Assembly: GCA_036400075.1 (NCBI GenBank)
Contig: DASWLV010000225.1
Span: 500-64,499 of the forward strand
Direction of reading: 5' to 3'
Source: Pyrinomonadaceae bacterium
Lineage (GTDB): Bacteria > Acidobacteriota > Blastocatellia > Pyrinomonadales > Pyrinomonadaceae
Length of the DNA: 64,000 nucleotides
This document shows, in pieces, positions 18,061 to 27,508 of the stretch (positions within the stretch are counted from its first letter, which is position 1; the number at the start of each line of letters is the position of its first letter). The position numbers and the translations under genes are program-made. The notes beneath the pieces were generated by a model. That model saw nothing but the letters and a program-made list of their open reading frames with translations. It was not told the DNA's origin and did not search any database.

Positions 18061-19343
18061 TGTTGATGATAAAGCTCGGTAATTTCCCGATTTAATTCTG
18101 GCGGAAAACAGGCGCGCAAAATCTCGAATTCTTGCTGCAATCCGCGCACTGCGCCGGAAACTTCGGAAATCTCGCGGATTTGCGGACGCGAAAAACCGTC
18201 TTCGACATAAATCAGATTTTTCGGATTCGTTTCGCCTAGCGCGGAATACAAAGCGTAATAAGGAACGTCAGCCGCGCGGTCGGCGACAAAATAATAATCC
18301 GGGTCGAAATTGTTTTGCGTGACAATGTTCCGCGCTTTTTCGAGAAACCGCTCGCGTTCATCGTCCGCCATATCCAAATCCAAAGCCTTGAATAAACGCC
18401 GATTAATAAAACGCCGGCTGAGATCGCTTAAAATTGCATCGTTGCTGCGCTGCCATTGCTTGATGTGAAACAAAACGTCGGCGTCGTCAATTTCGAGATG
18501 CTCGAAAAGATTTATCCGTTCGCGGCGCACAACTTTTTCAAAAGCCGTCCCGCTTGCAATCCAAATCGCTTTCCCGCTTTGATTCAGTTCAAAAGCGCGG
18601 CGCAAAATCGCCCGCAAAACGACTTCCGCAGAACGCAGCGTGCGGTGAAAATAAACCTGCCGAAACATATAATAACGCGCCTGCAAATAATCTTCGACGG
18701 CGAACAAACCATGCGCGGAGACGTAAATACGGTCGTTCTCGCGGTCAATTTCGAGCGCCTTGATAATCCATTCGTGGTCGTAAATTCCGTATTTGACGCC
18801 GGTCATCAAGCTGTCGCGCAAAAGATAATCCATCCGGTCAACATCGAGCTGCGATGAAACAAGCTGCGCCAGCGCAGCGGGGCGAAAATCGCCGTTGATT
18901 ACCGCTGCCACGCGCTCCGGTAATTCTGCAGAGAACGAGCGCAAGACTTGTCCGATTTCGGTTTCTTCGTGAAGAACTGCTTGAACCGTAAAATCTTCGT
19001 GATGAAATCCGAGAACGTTTTCCATTACGTGCGAAAATGCGCCGTGTCCGACATCGTGGAGCAGAGCAGCGGCGCGAACTGCAATCCGGTCGAAATCGGA
19101 GATTTCGTATTTGGCGGAAAATTTTTCCAAAATTCGAGTTGCGAGATGCAGCGCGCCGAGAGAATGCGTAAAGCGGGAATGTTCCGCACCCTGATAAGTA
19201 AAAAGCGCGAGTCCGAGCTGTCGAATCCGGCGCAGGCGTTGAAATTCAGCCGTGTCAATCAAACGAATCAGTAAATGGTTTTCCGGCGTGTTTGTTTGCA
19301 GGCGAATAATGTTATGAACCGGATCGCGGTAAACTCGCTCCAT
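18057..19343 (-). CDS. HD-domain phosphohydrolase (dGTPase/SAMHD1-like)
   Basis: RFTHSLGALHLA and AALLHDVGHGAFSH are present, followed by DVDRMDYLLRDS. Confidence 0.85.
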   Translation of the reverse strand: MERVYRDPVHNIIRLQTNTPENHLLIRLIDTAEFQRLRRIRQLGLALFTYQGAEHSRFTHSLGALHLATRILEKFSAKYEISDFDRIAVRAAALLHDVGHGAFSHVMENVLGFHHEDFTVQAVLHEETEIGQVLRSFSAELPERVAAVINGDFRPAALAQLVSSQLDVDRMDYLLRDSLMTGVKYGIYDHEWIIKALEIDRENDRIYVSAHGLFAVEDYLQARYYMFRQVYFHRTLRSAEVVLRAILRRAFELNQSGKAIWIASGTAFEKVVRRERINLFEHLEIDDADVLFHIKQWQRSNDAILSDLSRRFINRRLFKALDLDMADDERERFLEKARNIVTQNNFDPDYYFVADRAADVPYYALYSALGETNPKNLIYVEDGFSRPQIREISEVSGAVRGLQQEFEILRACFPPELNREITELYHQQ

Positions 19344-19665
19344 TTTTATTTGCTAGCTCAATAAAATCTGACGTTTTATACTATCATCGGAAATTCCAAC
19401 GAAAGAGATAATTTTCAAAAAATTGAATCTATGATTATGGGGAAAATTCAAAATTATGAAGAAATTACAAAAAAATAGAAAAGTCCTCAAATTTAAAGAC
19501 CGCTCTAAATCCCACATTTTAAAGCATTAATAAAACTATTTAAAGTCGCTCTACTTTTGGTCTGCAAGTTGCAGGTTTAGACGTGCCAAGTTATTGCCCG
19601 GTTGATTCAATCAATAAAACTGCAATAACTCTTTTAGTCCTAAAGATTTTTTTAAGGAGCAAAAA

Positions 19666-22600
19666 ATGAAAAAAAGTTTAGCATTTCTAACTTCAATCTT
19701 GCTCGTTGTTCTTTGCTTAAGCGCCAGCGTTTTTGCACAGGAAACATCGGGTAATATTGAAGGAACTGTAAAAGACCCGACTGGTGCCGTTGTTCCGAAC
19801 GCGACAGTTTTGGTGTCTGCTTCGGATAGAACCGATACGACGACTTCGTCTTCAACCACAGGTTTTAGACGCACAACTCAAACTAACAGTGACGGATTCT
19901 TCCGCGTTCTGCAAGTGCCCCCCGGTCTCTATAATGTAAGAGTAGAACCGATTTCGGGTTTCGGCGCAGCGACGGTTCAGAACGTTCAAGTCGTTCTTGA
20001 AACGACGACGCCGGTAAACGTTTCACTCACGCCAGTAGGCGGTGGAGAAAACATCGTTGACATTCAAGCCAGCGATCAACCTGTTGACCCAACCGATACC
20101 AAAGTCGCGACCAGCATCACAGCTCAAAGAATCGAGTTGCTGCCGAAAGGCACCAACTTTACGAGCGTGCTGAATACCGTTCCCGGAACTCGCGCCGAAG
20201 GTAATGCCGGCGGTTTTTCGGTTGACGGCGCTTCAGGCTCGGAAAACGTATTTATCATTGACGGTCAGGAAGTTAGTAACTTTCGTACCGGTACTTTGAA
20301 CGGTAACAACAATATTCCGACTCAATTTGTTCAGGAAATTCAAGTTAAGTCGAGCGGTTTCGAAGCCGAATTCGGCGGTGCGACCGGCGGTGTTATCAAC
20401 GTTGTAACCAAAGGCGGCGGTAACGATTGGCGCGGTGAATTCGGTGTTCAATTCAACACGCCGAAACTTAACGGTAATCCCCGTCCGAGCTTGTTATTTT
20501 TTCCGGCATTTACTGCGACGGCTGCGAACCCGTTCTCGTACCCCAACACAACGGAATATTTCGAAGCGCCGAAAGCCGGCGGAACAAACGTATTTCCGAC
20601 GGCAAATTTAAGCGGACCGATTATCAAAGACAAACTTTGGTTCTTTGGCAGCTACACGCCGCAATACACAGTTACGGAATATACCACTCAATACTTTACC
20701 AACCGTCCGGCGGCTTTCAGAACTCTGTCCACAACGCAAGATTACAGACTGAAACGCACATTCGAATATGCGTTTGCACGTTTAGATGCATCGCCGACCA
20801 ACAATCTTCGTTTGACGAGTACTTTTACCTGGAACCCGATTATTGATAAAGGCGCTCTTCCGCATAGTACAGTTTCATTCGGCGGCGCACCGCCGTCAGC
20901 CAATTTTGGCGGAAGCACCGGCTTATTGACAGGGACCCAATTGACTAATCGTCAAGGTGGTCGCCAAAACTCCAACAACATTACCGGTCAAGCCGTTTGG
21001 ACTCCGACCAGCAATATGGTTATCAGCGGACGATTCTCGCGCGGATTCTTAAACGAGAAATTAGGTTCGTATTTTATTCCGAATACAACCAGATATCGTT
21101 GTATTGAGAACCAGGGAAACGTTGCGGGCGGATGTTCGGCAGGTTTAGCCGATGCGGCTAATTCAACCGTTGAAAGAGACGTTTCAATACGTACGAACTT
21201 CGAAGGTGATGCAACCTACATCGCCAGCGGCTTCCTTGGAAGACACGAGTTTAAAGGCGGTTACCAACGCTTCAAAATTCTCAATGACGTATCCAGAGGC
21301 TACAAAAATCAGGGCATTATGGACTTCTATTTCGGTCGCGCAATCGACACGTATTTAGGTTTTCCTGTTGACCCGTCTTGCGTCAATGCCGGTGGAACAG
21401 CTTTTGCGCCTTGCGTCTATAATGCAGCAGGCACTCTTACCAATCGCGCTCCGATTTGCGCAGCCGGACAAACCGCGGGCTGTATTCTCGGTTCGGGCGA
21501 GCTTATTCGTTTCGGTACGGTTGGTAAAGCACAAAACACCAATCAATCCGTTTACATTCAAGATAAATGGCAGCCGGTTAACAACTTGACCTTAAATGTC
21601 GGTGTTCGCGCCGAAAAAGAAGACCTTCCGTCGTTTAACGGAAATGCGCCGCCGATTAACTTTGGCTGGGGCGATAAAATTGCTCCGCGTATCGGTGTTG
21701 CCTGGGATATTTTCAGCGATGGTAAGACGAGATTGTTTGCCAGCTACGGAAAATTCTATGACCGCTTGAAGTTTGAACTTCCGCGCGGTTCGTTCGGCGG
21801 TGACTTCTACCGCATTGATGCCTTTGAAATTTTCCCGGGACAAGATTGGAGATCCTTTACACTTCAAAATGTAATTGGAAGCTTTAACGATGCTCCGGGC
21901 GGATCGTGTCCTGCAACAGGCTTCATCGCCTCCGGCGCCAGAAGCCGCTGCCAATTCGATTATCGTATTGCTTCGAATGACCCGAACGCAACGATTTACA
22001 CGGGAGCCGTTGACCCGGACCTCAAATCGTTCCAGCAGTCAGAGTTTACTGTCGGACTTGAGCGTCAGTTCGGTCGCGACTTCGTCGTTCGTACACGCTA
22101 TACCCACAAAAATGTAGATAAGGCTATTGAAGACGCCGGTATCTACAACGCAGAAGGCAGCGAAGCTTACATTATCGGTAATCCTGGAGAAGGGCTGCAC
22201 GCAAAGCTTCTCAAGGAACTCGGTTATGAAAAAGCAGCCAAACCGCAGCGTGTTTACGATGCATTGGAGGTAACGTTTGAAAAACGGTTGTCTAACAACT
22301 ACTATTTCAACGCGAACTACACGTTCAGCCGTCTCTTTGGTAACTATTCAGGTTTGGCAAGCTCAGACGAAGCCGGTCGTACATCTCCGGGTGTTAACCG
22401 CTTCTTCGACCTTCCGTTTATTGGATTCACCGCCGCCGGCAAACCTGATAACGGACGCCTTTCGACAGACCGTCCGCATGTGTTCAACGCATACGGCGCT
22501 TACATCTTTGACTGGATGGGAAGCAAGGCTAATTCGACAGAACTTTCCTTCTTCACAACAGCCCAATCGGGAACACCTGTAACAACAGTTGTTCCGTTCC

Positions 22601-23001
22601 TTATCGCTGCTACAGCCGGTTCGCCGATCTTTACGGAACGCGGCGATCTGGGCAGAACTGAAATGTATACTCAAACGGACTTTGCCGTAACGCATAAATA
22701 TCGCTTCGGACGCGATGATCGTTTCACAATGGCGTTTGACTTAAACGTTCTTAATTTGTTAGACGAAGCCAATGCAACGTCAATCTTCAGCAATCCTTCC
22801 AGAGCCACGTACGGAAGAACTTCAACCGGATTTGGCGGCGGAACTTACGTTGATGTAATTAACCGTTTCAACAGAGGTGAATTGCAAAATGCAATCAACA
22901 CATTGAATGCTTTACCTGCAAACGTTGATCCTCGCTACAAGCAGGAAAACGGATTCCAGGGTCCGCGCTCGGTTCGCTTTGGCTTCCGCTTACTCTTCTA
23001 A
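19666..23001 (+). CDS. TonB-dependent receptor with an N-terminal carboxypeptidase-regulatory-like domain (1111 aa)
   Basis: It has a signal peptide, GNIEGTVKDPTGAVVPNATV...DGFFRVLQVPPGLYNV, plug-like DGASGSENVFIIDG, and the C-terminal RSVRFGFRLLF. Confidence 0.85.
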   Translation: MKKSLAFLTSILLVVLCLSASVFAQETSGNIEGTVKDPTGAVVPNATVLVSASDRTDTTTSSSTTGFRRTTQTNSDGFFRVLQVPPGLYNVRVEPISGFGAATVQNVQVVLETTTPVNVSLTPVGGGENIVDIQASDQPVDPTDTKVATSITAQRIELLPKGTNFTSVLNTVPGTRAEGNAGGFSVDGASGSENVFIIDGQEVSNFRTGTLNGNNNIPTQFVQEIQVKSSGFEAEFGGATGGVINVVTKGGGNDWRGEFGVQFNTPKLNGNPRPSLLFFPAFTATAANPFSYPNTTEYFEAPKAGGTNVFPTANLSGPIIKDKLWFFGSYTPQYTVTEYTTQYFTNRPAAFRTLSTTQDYRLKRTFEYAFARLDASPTNNLRLTSTFTWNPIIDKGALPHSTVSFGGAPPSANFGGSTGLLTGTQLTNRQGGRQNSNNITGQAVWTPTSNMVISGRFSRGFLNEKLGSYFIPNTTRYRCIENQGNVAGGCSAGLADAANSTVERDVSIRTNFEGDATYIASGFLGRHEFKGGYQRFKILNDVSRGYKNQGIMDFYFGRAIDTYLGFPVDPSCVNAGGTAFAPCVYNAAGTLTNRAPICAAGQTAGCILGSGELIRFGTVGKAQNTNQSVYIQDKWQPVNNLTLNVGVRAEKEDLPSFNGNAPPINFGWGDKIAPRIGVAWDIFSDGKTRLFASYGKFYDRLKFELPRGSFGGDFYRIDAFEIFPGQDWRSFTLQNVIGSFNDAPGGSCPATGFIASGARSRCQFDYRIASNDPNATIYTGAVDPDLKSFQQSEFTVGLERQFGRDFVVRTRYTHKNVDKAIEDAGIYNAEGSEAYIIGNPGEGLHAKLLKELGYEKAAKPQRVYDALEVTFEKRLSNNYYFNANYTFSRLFGNYSGLASSDEAGRTSPGVNRFFDLPFIGFTAAGKPDNGRLSTDRPHVFNAYGAYIFDWMGSKANSTELSFFTTAQSGTPVTTVVPFLIAATAGSPIFTERGDLGRTEMYTQTDFAVTHKYRFGRDDRFTMAFDLNVLNLLDEANATSIFSNPSRATYGRTSTGFGGGTYVDVINRFNRGELQNAINTLNALPANVDPRYKQENGFQGPRSVRFGFRLLF

Positions 23002-23029
23002 TTAAAAGAGTAAACCTATTAAAACTGAA

Positions 23030-23059
23030 GGCTCGCCAAAATTTGGCGAGCCTTTTTTT
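23030..23059 (+). terminator. Rho-independent terminator of receptor gene 1
   Basis: ggctcgcc (23030-23037) pairs with ggcgagcc (23045-23052), followed by a T7 run. Confidence 0.8.
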
Positions 23060-23427
23060 CTCTTTAAGTTAACAATTAAAAACTCTATACGCAGCCGGTT
23101 GACCAATTAAAATAGATTTCGAGAAAGCAAACTTTTTATCCCTGTTAATTCTCTGTTTTTTGTTTTTCGACAAATTGAAATTGGCTCTAGTGTATGGGAA
23201 TTAATGGATGTTCAGAAACGCATATCCAAACTTAAACCGCACTAATTTTCAATAGCTTCAACCATTGACGGCTGCCGAGGGTATTGACTTGTTGTATTGA
23301 TTGAATAAACTGACACTTAAATAAAATTAAAAGTCCAAACTTGAAGTTTCTCAATGCGCGCAAACCTGGCACTTTTTTTAGCTTGTCGATATTTTCTGTT
23401 TTAAAGCGGTTGGACTTAAGAAAATTA

Positions 23428-23460
23428 TTGAGGCGAAATCGGGTTTCCGTTCGCCTCAAG
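23428..23460 (-). terminator. Hairpin terminator after the TPR gene
   Basis: ttgaggcgaa (23428-23437) pairs with ttcgcctcaa (23450-23459). On the minus strand it is followed by taatttt. Confidence 0.6.
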
Positions 23461-23506
23461 TTGAAAGGAGATTTTGATTTTACGGAGCGTAATCAAAACA
23501 AATCTG

Positions 23507-24517
23507 TTACTTAGCTTTCGACCGCAATTGACCGATCAGGTTTTTGATTTTATCTGCGTCGCGCGAATTCGGCTGTAGTTTAAGAAAGGCTTCTAATTCA
23601 TTAGCAGCGTCTTGGTAACGCGCAATTTTATTGTAAAGCAATCCGAGCTGCCAATGAATTTCAGCAACCGGCGTTTCTTTAGCTAGAGTTTTGGCTTGTT
23701 GTAATGCTTTTTCAGCCAGCTCATTGCTTCCGTCCAATCTTAAAACAATTCCGTACCATAATTGAGCATTGATTGATTGGGGATTAAGAATTGTAGCCGC
23801 CCTGAAAGCCTCCATTGCTTCCTTGGGATGCTTTAGATTGTGACTTGCTATTCCCAGCCAATAAAAACTTTGAAAGCTGCGCTGATTGACTTCAATCGCT
23901 TTTATCAAATAAGGAGCCGCCTCAATGTATTTTCCTCGCTGGGCATATTCTAAGCCGAGCCGATTTAAAGCATCGTAATAAGTTGGAAATATTTCAATCG
24001 CCTTTTTCAAATTATCGAGACCGGCATCCTTTTTGTCATCCAAAAGCTCGACGCCTTTTTCGTAAGATTTTTGAGCGTCTTCCGGCAAATTGCTTTGTAC
24101 AAAAACAGCAGAACCGGCTCCCGGGCTTCCGGTTTTAACTTTACGCTTATCAAGCTTTAGATAAAATTCAAGAAAAACTTTATCCGAACTTGGTCTGCCG
24201 CCGGCAGAAAAGTTATGAATCGTAGCCTCTTGCGTTTCCTCCAAATAATTTGTACCCATTGGCACAACCTTTACTCTAAACGTGCCGCTGGAAAGCCCAT
24301 TAAACATAAAACGACCGGAACCGTCCGTTCGAACGCGAGCCAAATTACTATAAACCTCGTTTTGTAATTCGACATAGATGTTTGATATGGGCTGTCGTCC
24401 TGTCCCATCGAAAACCATACCTGATATTGAATTGTTCTGGGCGCAAACCGTTATTGACGCTCCAATTGTTAACGCAATAAGAAGCAAACACTTGCTCAAA
24501 AAATCTACTCGCTTCAT
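23507..24517 (-). CDS. Secreted carboxypeptidase-regulatory-like domain plus TPR-repeat protein
   Basis: It has a signal peptide, ISGMVFDGTGRQPISNIYVELQ...GRFMFNGLSSGTFRVKV, then several TPR-like units (YYDALNRLGLEYAQRGKYIEA, and others). Confidence 0.7.
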   Translation of the reverse strand: MKRVDFLSKCLLLIALTIGASITVCAQNNSISGMVFDGTGRQPISNIYVELQNEVYSNLARVRTDGSGRFMFNGLSSGTFRVKVVPMGTNYLEETQEATIHNFSAGGRPSSDKVFLEFYLKLDKRKVKTGSPGAGSAVFVQSNLPEDAQKSYEKGVELLDDKKDAGLDNLKKAIEIFPTYYDALNRLGLEYAQRGKYIEAAPYLIKAIEVNQRSFQSFYWLGIASHNLKHPKEAMEAFRAATILNPQSINAQLWYGIVLRLDGSNELAEKALQQAKTLAKETPVAEIHWQLGLLYNKIARYQDAANELEAFLKLQPNSRDADKIKNLIGQLRSKAK

Positions 24518-24522
24518 AACCT

Positions 24523-25176
24523 TTACTCCTCGATTAAATCAATCAAATGCCCAAGTTTTTCTTTTTTTACTCTGAGATAGTGCGCCGCCGGTTCTTTGGT
24601 TTCAACTTCGAGCGGGACGCGCTCAACGACGGACAAACCGGCGTCTTCCAGAGCGCTAATTTTGTCGGGATTGTTCGACATTACGCGCACTTTGCATAAA
24701 CCCATATCAAATAATATTTCCGCGCATTGCTGATATGAGCGTGCGTCAACCGCAAAACCCAGCCTTTCGTTCGCTTCAACCGTATCAGCACCGGCGTCCT
24801 GCAATTCGTATGCGCGAATTTTATTAATAATTCCGATCCCGCGCCCTTCCTGCATTTGATACACGATTGCGCCTCGCCCGGCTTCTTCTATTAATCTCAT
24901 CGCCGAATGTAATTGCTCGCCGCAATCGCATTTGATCGAGCCAAACACATCTCCCGTCAAACACTGCGAGTGAATGCGAATCAATATCGGCACGTCAGCC
25001 CGCATCTCGCCTTTGTGTAAAACCACAAATTCTTCGACGCTCGTCAGCGAACGATAACCCGTAATTAGAAAATCACCAATTTCAGTCGGCAGGAGAGCAG
25101 TTGAGATACGCTGCACGGTAAGATGTCGCCCGTTGGATGGAAAATCGGAACTGTCACAATTGCTTTGAATATGCAC
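24523..25176 (-). CDS. ribA: GTP cyclohydrolase II
   Basis: [22 protein letters not shown]...[24 protein letters not shown] is present. Alignment with the E. coli RibA N-terminus (…AKLPTPWGDF) suggests the real start may be GTG 25116. Confidence 0.9.
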   Translation of the reverse strand: MHIQSNCDSSDFPSNGRHLTVQRISTALLPTEIGDFLITGYRSLTSVEEFVVLHKGEMRADVPILIRIHSQCLTGDVFGSIKCDCGEQLHSAMRLIEEAGRGAIVYQMQEGRGIGIINKIRAYELQDAGADTVEANERLGFAVDARSYQQCAEILFDMGLCKVRVMSNNPDKISALEDAGLSVVERVPLEVETKEPAAHYLRVKKEKLGHLIDLIEE

Positions 25177-25277
25177 TTTTTTGCCGATATTATTACAGAA
25201 TTATAATGCCCCGAAGGGCATTACGGCAAGTAAAAAGTTGCCAAGTGTCAACAAATTAAACTGTCTGCTAATAAAGA

Positions 25278-25301
25278 AAGGCGAGCTAACAAGCTCGCCT
25301 T
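25278..25301 (-). terminator. Hairpin terminator after the sigma/anti-sigma operon
   Basis: The minus strand reads aaggcgagcttgttagctcgcctttctttatt. Confidence 0.6.
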
Positions 25302-25356
25302 ATTACTTTTCCGTTCTTCCAAAATTGGGATTAAATTCAAGAGCAATTTTTCATCG

Positions 25357-25797
25357 CTACTCTTTTGAGCCTGATTCAGAGGCTGGGTCTTCTGAATCCT
25401 GATTTTCCGGTTCTTCTTTTTTATCTTCTTCCGCCGATTCATTGTGAGCGAAAACCGCTTCATCGCCGAGACCAAGGCTGGATAAACCTAAAGTTTGCAG
25501 GAATTGCTGCAAGCGGCTGGTTTGCGGCGCGGCGCTCGATATTGCTTCGGGCTGCTCGTTTAATTCTTCGGCAAGACGCGCGAGCTGCGCCGTAATTTTT
25601 CTGCACGGCGAACAGCCGACGAGATGTTTCATAATCGGCTCGGCTTCGCGGTTGCTTAACGCGCCGTCAACAAAAGCCGAGATTGAATCTTCATCCAAAT
25701 GCGCTGCGGCTGGAGTTTCGCTTTTTTTGCCTTTTAGAAAGGCTCCGAGTAATTGTCCGATTTGTTGATTTTCCTGATTAAATTGCTCTTGTTTCAC
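25357..25797 (-). CDS. Anti-sigma factor (zf-HC2-like)
   Basis: The HLVGCSPC motif lies downstream of DEDSISAFVDGAL. The gene sits directly downstream of a sigma-70 family gene. Confidence 0.6.
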   Translation of the reverse strand: MKQEQFNQENQQIGQLLGAFLKGKKSETPAAAHLDEDSISAFVDGALSNREAEPIMKHLVGCSPCRKITAQLARLAEELNEQPEAISSAAPQTSRLQQFLQTLGLSSLGLGDEAVFAHNESAEEDKKEEPENQDSEDPASESGSKE

Positions 25798-25869
25798 TTT
25801 TTAAAATTCCCCCGCGAGGTTGACGCGGCATTCCGAAATTTTTGCCGAATTATTTTGCAGACGCAAAAT

Positions 25870-26877
25870 TCAGGCGATTTTAATATGCTGTTTGATGTCG
25901 CCCTGCAATATGTCCTGCGTAGCGAGTTTGATGCACATTTCGATTTCGCTTTCTTTTAATCCGGCGGACGTTTTCAATTCGCTACGAAAACTTTTTAAAA
26001 CTTTTGCATAAATTTTTTCCAGCCAGCGCATCACGGTTGATTCGTGTACGCGCGCATCGGGAGCCTGCTCGCGCTTTTCCGATTTTCGCTGAAACCAGCC
26101 TCGCAACGGCGAAGTCGGAACTTCAACGAGTCGCGCAATTTCGCGCAGCTTTAATTCTTCGATGTGGTAATAAAGCAGCAAAAGTTTTTCGTGCGTGTCG
26201 AGACTTGAGAAAGCCGTTTCTAATGCGCCGGCAGTCGCTTTGCGATAACGTTCGCGAACAATCGTATCGAGCATCTCGCCTTCGCCGCCTTTTGCCGGTT
26301 GCGCGATTGCCGCCTGAGCCGCGCCTTCACCGACGTTTTCCGTCATTTCATCGAGCGAAACTTCGTCGTGACTAGCGCGGTGCAAATCAACCAGCGCGTG
26401 CCAGACGACGGTTCTCAGCCACCCGCGAATGCTGCCGCGCCCGGTGTAAGTCGCAAATTTCGACATCCGCACGCCGTCAACAATTCGCGTCCCGTAAAGC
26501 TCGACGTAAACAGTGTCCACAACTTCGTCGGCATTAACATCGCTGCTCGCCAGATGCCGCGCAACGCGCTCTAAATAACCTCGATGCTGCTGGTCAAATT
26601 CCCACCACGCGCGCTCGTTTCCCGCCGCGCAGCCCAGCGCCATAAACAAATCGCTCGTCTGCAAATCATTGAGAAACTGTCGGATTTCCTCATTCGTAGG
26701 CGCGGGAGCATCCGGCACAAAAAGATATTTGCGCACGGCGCGCTCAAGCGTGTTTTGAAATGTCTCGAATTCGACTCCGAAATTCGGCGCTTCAGCCGCG
26801 CAATCGGCGTACAGCTTTTCGACCAAATCTGTGCAGCCGCTTAAAACTTTTGCTAATTGGTTTTCAGGCAATGACAT
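25870..26877 (-). CDS. Sigma-70 family (ECF-like) RNA polymerase sigma factor with a long N-terminal extension
   Basis: Region-2-like is GSIRGWLRTVVWHALVDLHR. Region-4-like is LLLLYYHIEELKLREIARLV. About 130 aa precede region 2. Confidence 0.7.
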   Translation of the reverse strand: MSLPENQLAKVLSGCTDLVEKLYADCAAEAPNFGVEFETFQNTLERAVRKYLFVPDAPAPTNEEIRQFLNDLQTSDLFMALGCAAGNERAWWEFDQQHRGYLERVARHLASSDVNADEVVDTVYVELYGTRIVDGVRMSKFATYTGRGSIRGWLRTVVWHALVDLHRASHDEVSLDEMTENVGEGAAQAAIAQPAKGGEGEMLDTIVRERYRKATAGALETAFSSLDTHEKLLLLYYHIEELKLREIARLVEVPTSPLRGWFQRKSEKREQAPDARVHESTVMRWLEKIYAKVLKSFRSELKTSAGLKESEIEMCIKLATQDILQGDIKQHIKIA

Positions 26878-26927
26878 CGCGAAGCGAATTATAACTCTGT
26901 TTTTAGTTAATTTACTAACTCCGCAAA

Positions 26928-27497
26928 TTAATATTCGATAATCTGCTCTTCAATCTTTTCCGGCTTCGTTTTATATTTTCTGATTTTAATAATCCATATC
27001 TTGCCGTATTCCGATTCGTCCAGAGCTTTATATTTCTCCTGTTTTATCAATAAATTCGCCAACGCCGGAGTGGTCGTGTTATGCCCGACGACAAGGATTC
27101 TTTTTCCTTTTCCGTTCATTATCAAAGCGGCAAGCTCGTCGAGCTTTTTGTGGTCGTAAATCTCAATCGGACGTTTTCTTTTTTCAGCCAGCGGAGCGGC
27201 GGTTAATCTCGTCCGCAGAAAATCCGAAGAATAAATTACGTCGGGCTTATATTTTTTGATTGTTTTGACCAGGCGCTGCGCCCTCAGCCTTCCTTCCGGC
27301 GAAAGGTCTGGATTGGTTTTATCGGCTGTTGCCGAGATGTCTTTCTCTGCGTGTCGCAGCAGAATAACGGTGACTTTCTTTTTCTGTGCGGAAACATCAG
27401 CGCAGACGAATAGAAACAGTAATACGCTTAAAAAAAGAGAAACGAGAGTTTTCATTGATTCGATTGAATTTATTTTCATTGTGAATAAATCTGACAA
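26928..27497 (-). CDS. Histidine phosphatase superfamily protein (SixA-like), secreted
   Basis: It has a signal peptide, VILLRHAEKD and VVGHNTT. Confidence 0.7.
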   Translation of the reverse strand: MSDLFTMKINSIESMKTLVSLFLSVLLFLFVCADVSAQKKKVTVILLRHAEKDISATADKTNPDLSPEGRLRAQRLVKTIKKYKPDVIYSSDFLRTRLTAAPLAEKRKRPIEIYDHKKLDELAALIMNGKGKRILVVGHNTTTPALANLLIKQEKYKALDESEYGKIWIIKIRKYKTKPEKIEEQIIEY

Positions 27498-27508
27498 TAA
27501 GCTGCAAA

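Noticed and set aside
23061-23427. Long AT-rich spacer after receptor gene 1, including the 75-aa ORF 23232-23459
   Set aside because: The ORF has no RBS, its composition is K/L/F-rich and driven by AT content, and it overlaps the TPR-gene terminator. No RNA-gene signature (tmRNA, RNase P, SRP, 6S) was recognisable.
25117-25356. FMN (RFN) riboswitch upstream of ribA
   Set aside because: I looked for the conserved RFN core and did not find it. The leader contains only a TAATGCCC-TTCG-GGGCATTA hairpin and the terminator of the neighbouring operon.
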